64,000 bases of DNA from contig CAWDYC010000003.1 in the NCBI GenBank assembly GCA_963806535.1, positions 192,001-256,000 on the forward strand, given 5' to 3'. Made by a program: the position numbers and the translations under genes. The DNA comes from Candidatus Bathyarchaeota archaeon. GTDB taxonomy: Archaea > Thermoproteota > Bathyarchaeia > Bathyarchaeales > Bathycorpusculaceae. Positions 21,602 through 31,900 of the stretch are shown here, piece after piece; position 1 is the first letter of the stretch, and every line of letters begins with the position of its first letter. The notes below the pieces were generated by a model that searched no databases, had not been told where the DNA came from, and saw only the letters and a program-made list of their open reading frames with translations.

Positions 21602-22102
21602 GCCGCCTCCTCGCCTTTATCAATTTGAATGACATCTCCCAAAGTTAATTCTTGACTAGCAGAACGAGGAAGAGGAGTGCCCTTTTCTTCAGAAATCGGA
21701 ACAAGCAACTTGATTTTTAACATATGCTCAAGCTTTGAGGCAAGCTGATTGTTAGGCGCCATCTTGCCAACTTCAAGATTTCTCAAAACTGAAGCTTTCT
21801 CATTTATTCTTTTACCTAATTCTTCGTGGGTGAGACACTAGTTTTTCCCGTGCTGCTCGTATGGTATTTGCGTAGTCTTCCGTGACTTCTTGAGTTAATT
21901 GCACATTAGCGACCATTGGTTTTCTTGAAACCATGCTAATTGGTGCCTGCGGTTTTTTGATAGCTTGTCTGGGAGCAGCTGGTTCTGCATAAACTATTTT
22001 TCCATGTTTTGAGCATTCAACGCAAACAGTTAGTCTTGCTCCTTCAATTACTGCTGTGATTGGTTCATCGTGAATTTTGTGTCCGCAGACTTCGCATCTC
22101 AA
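21580..22102 (-). CDS. mbf1: Multiprotein bridging factor aMBF1; frameshifted near 21830
   Basis: MRCEVCG...VCVECSKHG Zn ribbon, HTH, and LTLGDV tail across two ORFs. Confidence 0.9.
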
Positions 22103-22187
22103 TGTAGGCTTTCACCTTTTAACTGTCTTTATTATATTGTTATGTTTATACTTGTCGAAACAACAAAAAAGTAATGATGGTGAAAAT

Positions 22188-22649
22188 ATGGATAACACGC
22201 TTGGCAAATTGAGGGCTATTGCTGATTACCAGTTTGGGAAAGGGGTAGGCGCAAAGTTGTTTTCCGAAGATATCCAGGTTCAATATTCTCCAAGAACTGG
22301 TAGAATACGTTTTATCAACTTAAACGGTGAAAGATTAGCTACTCTACGTCCAACTGACGGCTTGCTTTCTTTAAGCATTAAAGCAGCCAAGTTGATGTCG
22401 GAAAATACTTCTTTTGCAAAGTGTTTTGTAACGATACAAAATGAGGTTTCAAAGTTTATTGCTAAGGGAGGAGACGTTTTTGCCGTTCACGTTGTTAAAG
22501 TTGATCCCGACATACGCGCTAAAGACGAAGTCATTGTGAAAGATGAGTCGGGAAATGTTTTGGCGGTTGGTCGAACGCAGCTTTCAAGCGCTGAGATCGT
22601 TGCTTTTAAAACCGGCGTAGCTGTTAAAGTCAGACACGGAATAAAATAA
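22188..22649 (+). CDS. PUA-domain protein (similar to the archaeosine TGT C-terminus)
   Basis: ADYQFG, RLATLRPTDG, GDVFAVHV, GVAVKVRHG. Confidence 0.85.
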   Translation: MDNTLGKLRAIADYQFGKGVGAKLFSEDIQVQYSPRTGRIRFINLNGERLATLRPTDGLLSLSIKAAKLMSENTSFAKCFVTIQNEVSKFIAKGGDVFAVHVVKVDPDIRAKDEVIVKDESGNVLAVGRTQLSSAEIVAFKTGVAVKVRHGIK

Positions 22650-22795
22650 ACTATTCAGATGATTTTTTCTTGTTTTTCACTTCAATTTTAATCATTAGAC
22701 AAGCGTCTATGTTTTATGATTAGTTATGAACAAATCACAACTTCATTTATATTTAGCTGCGCAACTAACTAATTATAAAATAAAATGGTGAAAAT

Positions 22796-22894
22796 ATGTT
22801 TGCAATGATCGATTTAGCTTCAATAGGTGTAATAGTCGCTCTATTCGCAGTTGTACTATACAACATCAGATCTGAACTCAAAATCAAAGCTTAA
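22796..22894 (+). CDS. Putative 32-aa single-TM peptide
   Basis: GGTGA RBS; MFAMIDLASIGVIVALFAVVLYNIRSELKIKA. Confidence 0.5.
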   Translation: MFAMIDLASIGVIVALFAVVLYNIRSELKIKA

Positions 22895-22921
22895 ATCAAA
22901 AAGCTGTCGAGGATGAGGAAC

Positions 22922-23086
22922 ATGGAATTCAAAAACATACAAGAAGCATTGAGGTACATAAGTCATCAAGCAAAAACCTATCCAAGCGAAATAGAATACT
23001 ATGCATCGGAAGAATACAAAAAAATCTATCCCGAGCTCTGTCGTCTAAATCGTTTACTTCAAGCTGCATATCGCGTTCATAATTAA
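22922..23086 (+). CDS. Putative 54-aa protein
   Basis: GAGGA RBS; MEFKNIQEALRYISHQAKTYPSEIEYYASEEYKKIYPELCRLNRLLQAAYRVHN. Confidence 0.5.
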   Translation: MEFKNIQEALRYISHQAKTYPSEIEYYASEEYKKIYPELCRLNRLLQAAYRVHN

Positions 23087-23287
23087 TTCCGAGGCTCAAA
23101 ATACACACATTAAAGCTTGAAAAAAGGACAAATCTAGGTCCTTGATGTCGCATCCTATTTTGTTCTCTTTTTTTAAATTGAGTGGTTAGCAAATAGAATT
23201 TGGGAAAGATTTGAGTGAAAATCTGGTAAATCAATTAATAATTTGTCTCGTAAAAGAAGTAGAAAACAAGCAAAGAAGAGAGTAAGA

Positions 23288-23590
23288 ATGAAGCAGGCAC
23301 AAGTGTATAGATTGGATTTAACCAAAATAAATGGCAAAGGAGACTTCGCCTGCCCCAGATGTGGAGCAGCCATATCTCCAGATGATTGTACAGAAGAGGC
23401 ATACTCCATTCTGGAAGCGAAAGTCGATAACCAAGGTTTGAACGAGTTGGAGATCCAGTGCAACTCGTGTTCAAGTTTTCTCTACCTAACTGGTTTTTCT
23501 TTGCTGCAGGAGCTTTTAGAAAAAGATGGAGAGAAACTTGTGAATAAGAAAAAGAAGAAACTCAGAACCTCCATTAATCAAACAAGATAG
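23288..23590 (+). CDS. Small zinc-binding protein (CPRCG...CNSC)
   Basis: Two CxxC pairs and a basic tail; ATG at 23288 within ORF 23243-23590. Confidence 0.7.
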   Translation: MKQAQVYRLDLTKINGKGDFACPRCGAAISPDDCTEEAYSILEAKVDNQGLNELEIQCNSCSSFLYLTGFSLLQELLEKDGEKLVNKKKKKLRTSINQTR

Positions 23591-23880
23591 TATCTTACAA
23601 TAATTTTCATGGCAACGATGAAGGTTAAGTTTACTCAAGGTATTCGTTGCTTTTTTGTTAAAATATTATAGGCATTACGCTCCTTACCAAACATGACATC
23701 CTGGCGTGGATTTCTCGAAAAAACACGTCATCCATGCCAAATTGACAAGTCTATGTTAAGAATTAGCTCCAAGACAAAAGTCGTTCCAGCCAAGTTTACC
23801 GAGTGTAATCACAATAGACTGCAAAGATGATCTTTACAAGACATTAGTTGAGGTTAATTGCAAAATTTTTGTTCAAAATT

Positions 23881-23890
23881 TGTTATATTT
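23881..23890 (+). promoter_or_regulatory. Candidate TATA box for the structured RNA
   Basis: TTATAT about 25-30 nt upstream of the 5' strand of the RNA's terminal stem. Confidence 0.45.
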
Positions 23891-23912
23891 CACCTAACAC
23901 TATTACGGTGTT

Positions 23913-24141
23913 GCAGGTCGGGGAGCACGCTTTAATCGTGATGCATTGAGGCAATGAGTGTGTCAATTAAAACAGCGAAAAATTGATGCGCGACAAAAAC
24001 ATTGCTTTGATGGGCTGGGCATTACAATGTTGCAGTGAGGTTATGAGCAGCGTGGTCAAAACGGTGAAAGACCATGTTGCGACTAAGACATAGCCTCAAT
24101 GGACCGCGAACATAAAAGTTAAGGCTCAGACCCAACCTGTA
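23913..24141 (+). ncRNA. Putative novel structured ncRNA with two tandem pseudoknotted domains
   Basis: Terminal stem CAGGTCGGG/CCCAACCTG. Two 69-nt units (23944-24012, 24033-24101) have the same architecture, different but paired stems, and conserved loops. G-U pairs favour the + strand. No ORF. Confidence 0.8.
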
Positions 24142-24306
24142 CTTTCTTCTCAAAAGAAATATCATGTTCGCTTTTTGGTTTGAAAATATGGAATGATGAA
24201 GAAAAGTCCATTAAACTGTTGAGAACAAAATTCAAACGAATAGCTTAGAAAAAAGTTAAGTTTATATCAATTACTACAGCAGAATAGTTCTTGGAAGTTA
24301 GACTAT

Positions 24307-24672
24307 ATGCATAAGCGCATGAATCCTCGAGAGCAAAAACGTATGATGCAACGTATGGGCATGAACATGGACACGGTGCCCGACGTTCAACAAGTAATTA
24401 TCAGGACAAATAACAAAGACATAGTAATTGATGAGCCAGAAGTCGCAATTTTAGAAGTTCAGGGGCAAAAAATGTACCAAATCATCGGTGGGCAAGTTTC
24501 AGAGCAAGCGCCATCAAAACGTCAATCTGCAGCCGCTGCTCAGCCAACCTTTTCTGAGGAAGATGTAAGGTTGGTGGCAGATCAAACTGGCAAAAGCTTG
24601 GAAAAAGCAAAAGAAGCACTTGAGGAGTGCCAAGGAGATTTAGCAAAAGCAATCCTGCTACTTCAATCTTAA
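24307..24672 (+). CDS. nac: Nascent polypeptide-associated complex protein
   Basis: MNPREQKRMMQRMG, EEDVRLVADQTG, GDLAKAIL. Confidence 0.95.
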   Translation: MHKRMNPREQKRMMQRMGMNMDTVPDVQQVIIRTNNKDIVIDEPEVAILEVQGQKMYQIIGGQVSEQAPSKRQSAAAAQPTFSEEDVRLVADQTGKSLEKAKEALEECQGDLAKAILLLQS

Positions 24673-24709
24673 GTTTCAAGGTTATATCTGAGATATCATA
24701 TTAATCTTC

Positions 24710-25648
24710 ATGAAGGGCTTGGCAGTGCTTCAAAACGTAGATGTAGCTGTAGTTGGACACCTCTGTATCGACACAATAATATTGCCATCCAGAACAGCGT
24801 CGTTTGTTGTTTTAGGAGGAGCAGCAACATACACTTCTTTTGCAGCCAAACGTTTGGAAGCAACAGCCTCTGTGATTTCGAAAGTCGGCGGGAGTTTTCC
24901 AGATGCTTATTTGTGGTGGCTCAAACAAGAAGGTATTGATATTTCAGGAGTTACAAAACGGGCGGATGAGTCGACAACATGTTTTGAATTGACCTACAAC
25001 TTGGACTTATCTGAAAGAAATCTGAAACTGAAAAGCAAAGGAGCACCAATCGGCTTAGCTGATGTTCCAAGAGATTTGCAGGCAAAAGCCATCCACATCG
25101 CACCTATTGCCAACGAAGTGTCACTCGAAGTAGTTGAGCACCTCAAGAAATGCGCTGATGTTTTATCAATTGATCCACAAGGGCTACTTCGAAGCTTCGA
25201 CGAAGCAGGAAACGTGACGGAAAATGCCTCCGTTGACAGTCAAATATTTGGTCTAATTAACATTTATAAGTCATCACAAAACGAAATTTACCAATTAACT
25301 GGCGAATCAGAATTAAAACCTGCAATAAGAGCGATTCATGATGTTGGAGTTGAAACCGTCATAGTCACGATGGGCGCAAAAGGCTCATTGCTTTCAGTTG
25401 AAGGAGCACAATATAATATTGCAGCGTGCCCTTCACAAGTTTTTGTTGACCCAACAGGCGCAGGAGATGTTTTCATCGGCGGTTTCCTAACAGAATACCT
25501 GCGACAAAAAGATTCGACTTGGTGTGCCTGCGTTGGTTCAGCTGCTGCTTCGGTTGTTGTGGAAGGATTAGGTCCTACCTATTTTGGCAAAAAAGAAGAA
25601 ATTTATCGCAGAGCCAAAACTTTGTATGAAAAAGAACTTAAGCAATAG
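24710..25648 (+). CDS. PfkB-family carbohydrate kinase
   Basis: GGAATY; VDPTGAGDVFIGGF signature. Confidence 0.9.
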   Translation: MKGLAVLQNVDVAVVGHLCIDTIILPSRTASFVVLGGAATYTSFAAKRLEATASVISKVGGSFPDAYLWWLKQEGIDISGVTKRADESTTCFELTYNLDLSERNLKLKSKGAPIGLADVPRDLQAKAIHIAPIANEVSLEVVEHLKKCADVLSIDPQGLLRSFDEAGNVTENASVDSQIFGLINIYKSSQNEIYQLTGESELKPAIRAIHDVGVETVIVTMGAKGSLLSVEGAQYNIAACPSQVFVDPTGAGDVFIGGFLTEYLRQKDSTWCACVGSAAASVVVEGLGPTYFGKKEEIYRRAKTLYEKELKQ

Positions 25649-25686
25649 CGTATATGTTCGTAGTAAAATGTACTGAGGCTTTGAAC

Positions 25687-25893
25687 ATGGGTCGCATAGA
25701 AAAAGGACAAAAATGCACTGTGACAGGCTGCGGCAAAGAAGCTGCCCGCTCAATATCAGCTGACAAAGTTAGGGGTGCCGGCTTAAGTGTTGGCAGCAAA
25801 GAAAGCCGCGCTTACATCTGCAAAGATCATTATAAAGAATTCAAAAAGAAGACTAAGAAAGACAAAACGCTCGAGAAATGGCGTTACGGTTAA
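25687..25893 (+). CDS. Small basic Zn-binding protein
   Basis: CTVTGC ... YICKDHYK; directly upstream of thrS. Confidence 0.75.
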   Translation: MGRIEKGQKCTVTGCGKEAARSISADKVRGAGLSVGSKESRAYICKDHYKEFKKKTKKDKTLEKWRYG

Positions 25894-25908
25894 GAAGAGT
25901 GAAGTACC

Positions 25909-27807
25909 ATGCGAATACTACAGTTACACTCTAACTTTATAGTTTTCAAACCTGTTCAAAAAGAAATAGCTATTGCTGAGGAAGCGGAACAAAAAGAAAA
26001 CCGCGTAGAAGAGGTTGTCGTTTTATTTACGGCCATTGAAGAAGGCGACAATATCCAAATTGGGCATAAAGCCATTGATGATGTGCGGGCTTTTTTAGGT
26101 AAACAAAAGACAAATCGCATTCTCATTTACCCGTTTGCTCATTTAAGCAGTAATCTTTCTCAGCCATCGGAAGCTCTCAAAATAATTAAAGATATGGAAG
26201 GCTATGCTAAAGAGAAAGGAATTGAGACCCACAGAGCTCCTTTTGGCTGGAACAAACAATTCACGATCTCCATCAAAGGGCACCCGCTTGCTGAGCAAGC
26301 ACGCTCCTATGCGCCAACGGTAGTTACTGTTGAGACACAAGCCGAAGGCGTATGCAAAAAAGAGGAAGAGCCAGTTTCCGCTGCACTTAAAGCTGAAGAT
26401 AAAATGCAGTCGTTCTGGCACGTTATTTTGCCTGACGGTTCTTTGGTTCCTGTTGAAGAATTCAAGTTTAAGGGTCATGTTAACCTGCAAAAGTTTTCTC
26501 AGTATGAAATTAAGAAGGCTAGGGCAGTGACTCAGATGCCGCCTCATGTTACATTGATGAAGAGGCTGGAAATAGCAGATTACGAGCCTGGAAGTGACCC
26601 TGGAAACATCCGTTGGTACCCTAAAGGACGCATGATAAAGTCTCTGCTTGAGCAATATGTTAGCACAAAAGTAGCGGCTTACGGTGGAATGGAAGTAGAA
26701 ACCCCAATCATGTACGATTTCAACCATCCAAGCCTCAAAAGTTACTTAAACCGTTTTCCAGCCCGCCAATACGTGCTAAAATCAGAAGACAAAGAACTTT
26801 TCCTACGTTTCGCAGCCTGCTTTGGCCAATTCCTAATGGCACACGACGCGCAATTCAGCTATAAACAGCTCCCAATCAAACTATACGAATTAACTCGCTA
26901 CAGTTTCCGGCGAGAAAAAAGCGGCGAAGTCGTCGGCTTAAAGCGTTTACGAGCATTCACAATGCCCGACTGCCACGCCTTCTGCACCGACCTTGACCAA
27001 GCCAAAAAGGAATTCATGATTCGATTCAACCTCTGCATAGATGTCCTAACCAACATAGGCTTCACTAAAGACGATTATGAAATAGCCATGCGTTTCACAA
27101 AAGCCTTTTACGATGAACACAAAGATTTCATTGCTGAACTTGCAACAACGTTTGGCAAACCTATGCTCGCTGAAGTTTGGAATGAACGCTTCTTCTACTT
27201 CGTCCTGAAATGGGACCTGAACTTCGTTGACAATCAAGACAAAGCCGCTGCCCTTAGCACAGACCAAATAGATGTGGAAAACGCTCAACGCTATGGAATA
27301 ACTTACGTTGACGAAAAAGGCGAAAAACAATACCCGCTAATCTTGCACTGCTCTCCAAGTGGCGCTATCGAACGGGACATTTACGCATTACTGGAGAAGG
27401 CTTACCGAGAGCAGATGACTGGTAAAGCACCGATGCTACCGCTTTGGCTTTCGCCAACTCAAGTAAGGCTGATTCCAATATCTGATAAGTTCTTGGATAA
27501 GTTGGATGAGCTTGCCAAGCAAATAGGTTCACATTACATAAGAGTAGACATTGACGACAGCGCATCAACTTTGCAAAAGAAAATCCGGGAAGCAGAGCAA
27601 GAGTGGATACCATACATTATTGTTGTAGGCGAAAAAGAAGTTGAATCAGGCATGCTGTCCGTTAGAGATCGCGAGCTTAAAGGTCAACAACAGAACATGA
27701 CAACTGACCAGTTGATAGCGAAAGTCACCGAGAAAATCGCTGGCAAACCTTTCAAGCCTCTCCCGTTGCCCGTCTATTTGTCTAAGAGACCACAGTTCCA
27801 CGGTTGA
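25909..27807 (+). CDS. thrS: Threonyl-tRNA synthetase (archaeal editing domain)
   Basis: MRILQLH, YPFAHLS, LRFAACFG, RLRAFTMPDCH, LHCSPSGAIER. Confidence 0.97.
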   Translation: MRILQLHSNFIVFKPVQKEIAIAEEAEQKENRVEEVVVLFTAIEEGDNIQIGHKAIDDVRAFLGKQKTNRILIYPFAHLSSNLSQPSEALKIIKDMEGYAKEKGIETHRAPFGWNKQFTISIKGHPLAEQARSYAPTVVTVETQAEGVCKKEEEPVSAALKAEDKMQSFWHVILPDGSLVPVEEFKFKGHVNLQKFSQYEIKKARAVTQMPPHVTLMKRLEIADYEPGSDPGNIRWYPKGRMIKSLLEQYVSTKVAAYGGMEVETPIMYDFNHPSLKSYLNRFPARQYVLKSEDKELFLRFAACFGQFLMAHDAQFSYKQLPIKLYELTRYSFRREKSGEVVGLKRLRAFTMPDCHAFCTDLDQAKKEFMIRFNLCIDVLTNIGFTKDDYEIAMRFTKAFYDEHKDFIAELATTFGKPMLAEVWNERFFYFVLKWDLNFVDNQDKAAALSTDQIDVENAQRYGITYVDEKGEKQYPLILHCSPSGAIERDIYALLEKAYREQMTGKAPMLPLWLSPTQVRLIPISDKFLDKLDELAKQIGSHYIRVDIDDSASTLQKKIREAEQEWIPYIIVVGEKEVESGMLSVRDRELKGQQQNMTTDQLIAKVTEKIAGKPFKPLPLPVYLSKRPQFHG

Positions 27808-27885
27808 TAAATGAAACGTATGGTTCATTGACGCAAAATATATCAAACAATTGAACAGTATGAAACATCAAGAAGTGTAAACCAA

Positions 27886-28770
27886 ATGGACAAAGAATTA
27901 CAAGTCTACATAGACGGACAATTCTATCCAAAATCACAAGCCAAAATTTCCGTCTATGACCACGGGTTCCTTTACGGAGACGGAGTTTTTGAAGGAATCC
28001 GAGAATACAACGGCGTTGTCTTCAAATTGAAAGAGCATATTGACCGCCTTTACCGTTCAGCACACGCCACAATGTTGCAAATCCCATTAACAAAAGAAGA
28101 AATGATTCAAGCCGTCGTTGAAACTTTAAGAAAAAACAAAATGAAAGACTCTTACATACGCTTGGTAGTCAGCAGAGGAGTTGGAGACCTCGGCTTAGAC
28201 CCACGCAAATGCCCCAAACCCACAATCATAATCATCACTGACACAATTAACATACGAGCAGGCAACGCCAAAGAAACAGGCATCACAACCATGTTCTCAT
28301 GGGTCCGCAGAAACCCAGTTGACGCGACCACGCATGAAGTAAAATCGCTTAATTATCTAAATAGTGTGTTAGCAAAAATTGAAGCAAACGTGTGTGGCGT
28401 TGACGAAGCAATCTGTCTTGAAGGCAGCGGTTGCATTGCTGAAGGGGTCGGCGAAAACGTTTTCATAGTTAAGAATGGCGAATTGCTGACACCGCCAAGT
28501 TCAACAGGAGCACTTGCAGGCATCACCGCCGAAGCAATCACAGAACTCATCGTCAAAATGGGTTGGAAGTTGACAGTTACGAATTTAACGCCGTTCATGA
28601 TGTTTACCGCTAACGAAGCATTCTTCACCGGAACAGCCATGGAAATGGTACCCATACGGGAAGTCAACAAACGCATAATCGGCACAGGCAAACCAGGACC
28701 AATCACAAAGAAACTAATGGCGGAATTCCAAAAAGTCATCGAAGACACAACACAAGGCACAAAAATCTAA
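27886..28770 (+). CDS. ilvE: Branched-chain amino acid aminotransferase
   Basis: DHGFLYGDGVFEGIR, KSLNYLN, EAFFTGTA. Confidence 0.95.
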   Translation: MDKELQVYIDGQFYPKSQAKISVYDHGFLYGDGVFEGIREYNGVVFKLKEHIDRLYRSAHATMLQIPLTKEEMIQAVVETLRKNKMKDSYIRLVVSRGVGDLGLDPRKCPKPTIIIITDTINIRAGNAKETGITTMFSWVRRNPVDATTHEVKSLNYLNSVLAKIEANVCGVDEAICLEGSGCIAEGVGENVFIVKNGELLTPPSSTGALAGITAEAITELIVKMGWKLTVTNLTPFMMFTANEAFFTGTAMEMVPIREVNKRIIGTGKPGPITKKLMAEFQKVIEDTTQGTKI

Positions 28771-28778
28771 ATTTCTTT

Positions 28779-28919
28779 ATTTTTTGATTTTTACGTTTCC
28801 TCACAAATCCTCCTAAGCCGTTGAAGGTTTATTCCAATTCGAATCGGCGGCAGAAAGACTGTTCAAGTGTGTCCCTTGCTATTGACGTAGACGGGGTCGA
28901 ATCCTGAGACGTTAAGGAT
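28779..28919 (-). repeat. Degenerate displaced copy of the 3' end of aminotransferase 35280-36491
   Basis: Minus strand reads ...SGFDPVY..KGH.*TVFLPPI...FNGLGGFVRKRK, aligning to about 35280-35420. Confidence 0.8.
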
Positions 28920-28969
28920 TCAATGAATTAGCTAAAGAAATGAGTAAGCTGGCTGCCCCTTTACCCAAT

Positions 28970-31900
28970 TTACTGTCCAATGTATGAAGTGCTTGCCATC
29001 ACGTCGTCGATGTAGAATGCAGGCTCACCGTTGGCAGGGTAAGCATAAGAGTAAATGCTGATTAAATCGAAGGCTGTTTCCGAACCATTATTGAAGTTTC
29101 CGTTCACAACTGGTTCAGCGTTATAGTAAAGCGTGAAGCTATTAGAAGTTAGAGCAATTTCTAAAGAGAACCACGTGTTTGCGGTAACGTTTACTGTTTG
29201 AGAGTAGGTATAGTAGTGTGTGTGGCTTGTGCAGTTGTAATAGTCTATTCTACACTGATTTGCTGCTAAGTTTAGCATAGGCCTAATGTAATCCCCACTT
29301 TGAGAGTCCACCTCAGCCAAAGTGAAGTATCCGCTTCCTGAAATGTCAGCTAGGTTCATGTAAAATCTAAAGTCTAACGAAGATTGGGCAAGGACGCTTT
29401 TAGTCAGGAAGGCGTATTTGTAAGCAGGTTTAGCTGGGAAATAAACGCTGCAGTTTCCCGTGTGTGCTTGTGCAGTGGAGATTGTTGGCATCACGCTGGG
29501 TGGGTTACCAAAGTATGTATCCCAGTTGCTGAAGTCGCCCGATTCAAAGCCGTCACTAAATATTGGCGGCGGCGTCTCAACAGTTAAGGTTGCGTTGTTT
29601 GAGCTTACACTTGCGCCTGCGTCGTCGGTGCTGTCGGCATAGACGGTGGCGCCTGATAAGTCAATATCTGTGGTTCCGCTGCCAGTCACATTAAACCAAA
29701 GTGTAGCCAAAACACCCGATGAACTCGTAGATGTAGCTTCAGCTCGAATAACCTCACTCAGTCCCCCGTTTAAGACACCATTAACGTTATCAAACAAGTC
29801 AGGCGAATCACCAATAAAACTGGTTGAGCCCCCAACCGAATTATTAGCTAAGAAGCCGCCTTCCTGTACCGCCAGCAACTGCATCACACTGCTGTTCCAG
29901 GACACATCGGGCAGAGACCAACCCCAAATATTCGATGCATTATCTATTCTGACGTCAACTTGAATGGTTGAGTTAATAGGGTTCGGGCTAGGACCAACCG
30001 ACCAAACAGTATTGTTTGCGCCACCCTCAACTGCGCTAACAACCCCAGAAGGCGCTGATAAGTCGTCTGTAAGACTTCTTTGATTGATGGTTTTTGTTAG
30101 ACTATACGTGGGGTTGTAGTACTTGATGTAGGCTGCAACAAATTTAATAAAATCTGTGCCATCGACCTTGCCGTCACAGTTAATGTCAGCCAACGGATTA
30201 AGAGTTCCGCTACCCGCATAGTATTTAATGTAAGCTGCACAGAAATAGATGAAATCTGTACCATCAGCTATGCCATTAGGAATACGTTGAGTCTGACCAG
30301 GAAGAGGCGCATACGTATTATTGGTAGAATCGACGTCTAACCCACCTGAATTGTCTGCTAGCGACAAAGCTGCAAAGCCGCTTCCCGTTAAACAGTCATT
30401 AATATTGTTTCTAATATAACTGGCAAAAACACTCATAGCTGAATCAGCCCCAACATTCCTGATTAAATTTGAATCAGTAATTATCCAAAGCAGATTCATC
30501 GGATCCAAATTTTGTCCCTTCGGCGGCAGGTTTCCACTATATCCAACAGCCCACAACTGCAAATTAGGCATACTTCCCCATTCATCGATCGACGGCGGCC
30601 TATCCACCAAACCCACATCAAACAAACCGCTAGCTACTCCGCTATACACGGCATTATCAGAATCCCACGCTACACCAACCCCGCTGATTGAACCAGAGCC
30701 CAAACCATTATAGTACTGCGGAAAACTTGAAGCTGCTCTCGAGGCAACAGAAAAAAGCGTGGAAGAAGAGCAACCTACGGAGAGACTAGGAGTGGATTGA
30801 GACCCAACGTTTACTGGGAGAGTAGAGTAGCTGCCGATTGGTTGGCCAGAATTAGTGGTGGCTGTGAATTTAACGGTGTAATATCCAGTAGTCGACCAGC
30901 GGTGATATGCAACTACGTACATGTCGTGTGAACTGCTTACATGGTTTGTCGAGCCGTCTCCCCAGTCAAAGACATACGTTAGAGGGTAGTCTTGAGTATT
31001 AGCAGTTGTGTAGGCAAGAAAGGCGTATAGCGTATTACTGTCTATTTTTGTATAGACTATATTGTTGGATGTAATAGTATTCGTCACAAGAGAGGCAACG
31101 CCAGCAAATAGAGAATAAGGACCAAGAATGCTAGGTCCTGTATTAGAAGAGGGAAAATAAGCATAAGTCAAGGTCTGAGAATAATCAACAGTGCAAAGCG
31201 CGATTGGATATGTATCCATATCTTGACCGTTGTCTTGAGGCAAAGCGTAGTATCCAATGGTTACCTCAAAATTGAAATTTAAAGAATATATCCCAAATTC
31301 ATCCGTAGGCGGAATCAATTGGAATGGACACTGCAGGGAAACTCTATCGCTTCCACTCGTATAAGTTGGTTCATAGTCCTGTTCAATGTAAGCTCCGTTA
31401 TGACCATTGGCATCTGATCTGTAACCTGTCGCTATGCCATTTCCATCGGAGCTTTGTACGAGATATGCAAGTGCTGATAGCGAAATACCATCGTCTGGAA
31501 TCATGGTTAAAAGAAAACCAGCCATATTGGCTATATTCGGTGAATAAATTGTACCGCCTCCAGCAGGATTGGAAGCATAATTTAAGTTTGAAAACTGCCA
31601 CTGCGAGTTCATCTGGCCGCTGACAGGATTGGTTCCTGATACGCTTATTTTTACATTCATAGGCCACATTACTCCCGATCCGTACTGACCAGAGCCAGGA
31701 TATGCGTCTACGAGTATAGAAGGAACGTAAACTAAGTTTGCTCCATATCCTCCGTTGCTACTGTAGGCAACTGAATATGCTACCTTCGCTACAACTTGTC
31801 CGGCGTACTCATCATGGCCGTACTCTTGAGCATCACTCGGACCTATTATCTGCTGAATCCCCGGAGTCGTCGTCAAACCCGGCTCAGAATAATAATCTGC

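Noticed and set aside
23612-23656. Intrinsic terminator hairpin GCAACGA/TCGTTGC plus T-run
   Set aside because: The stem is short with a 25-nt loop. The T-run may terminate transcription, but the hairpin is not well supported.
23944-24101. Hammerhead ribozyme, canonical K-turn/C-D guide, SRP RNA or RNase P RNA as the identity of the twin-domain RNA
   Set aside because: UGAG...CGA recalls tandem G-A motifs, but the CUGANGA/GAAA core, simple K-turn geometry, the SRP helix-8 motif and RNase P GAGGAAAGUCC are all absent.
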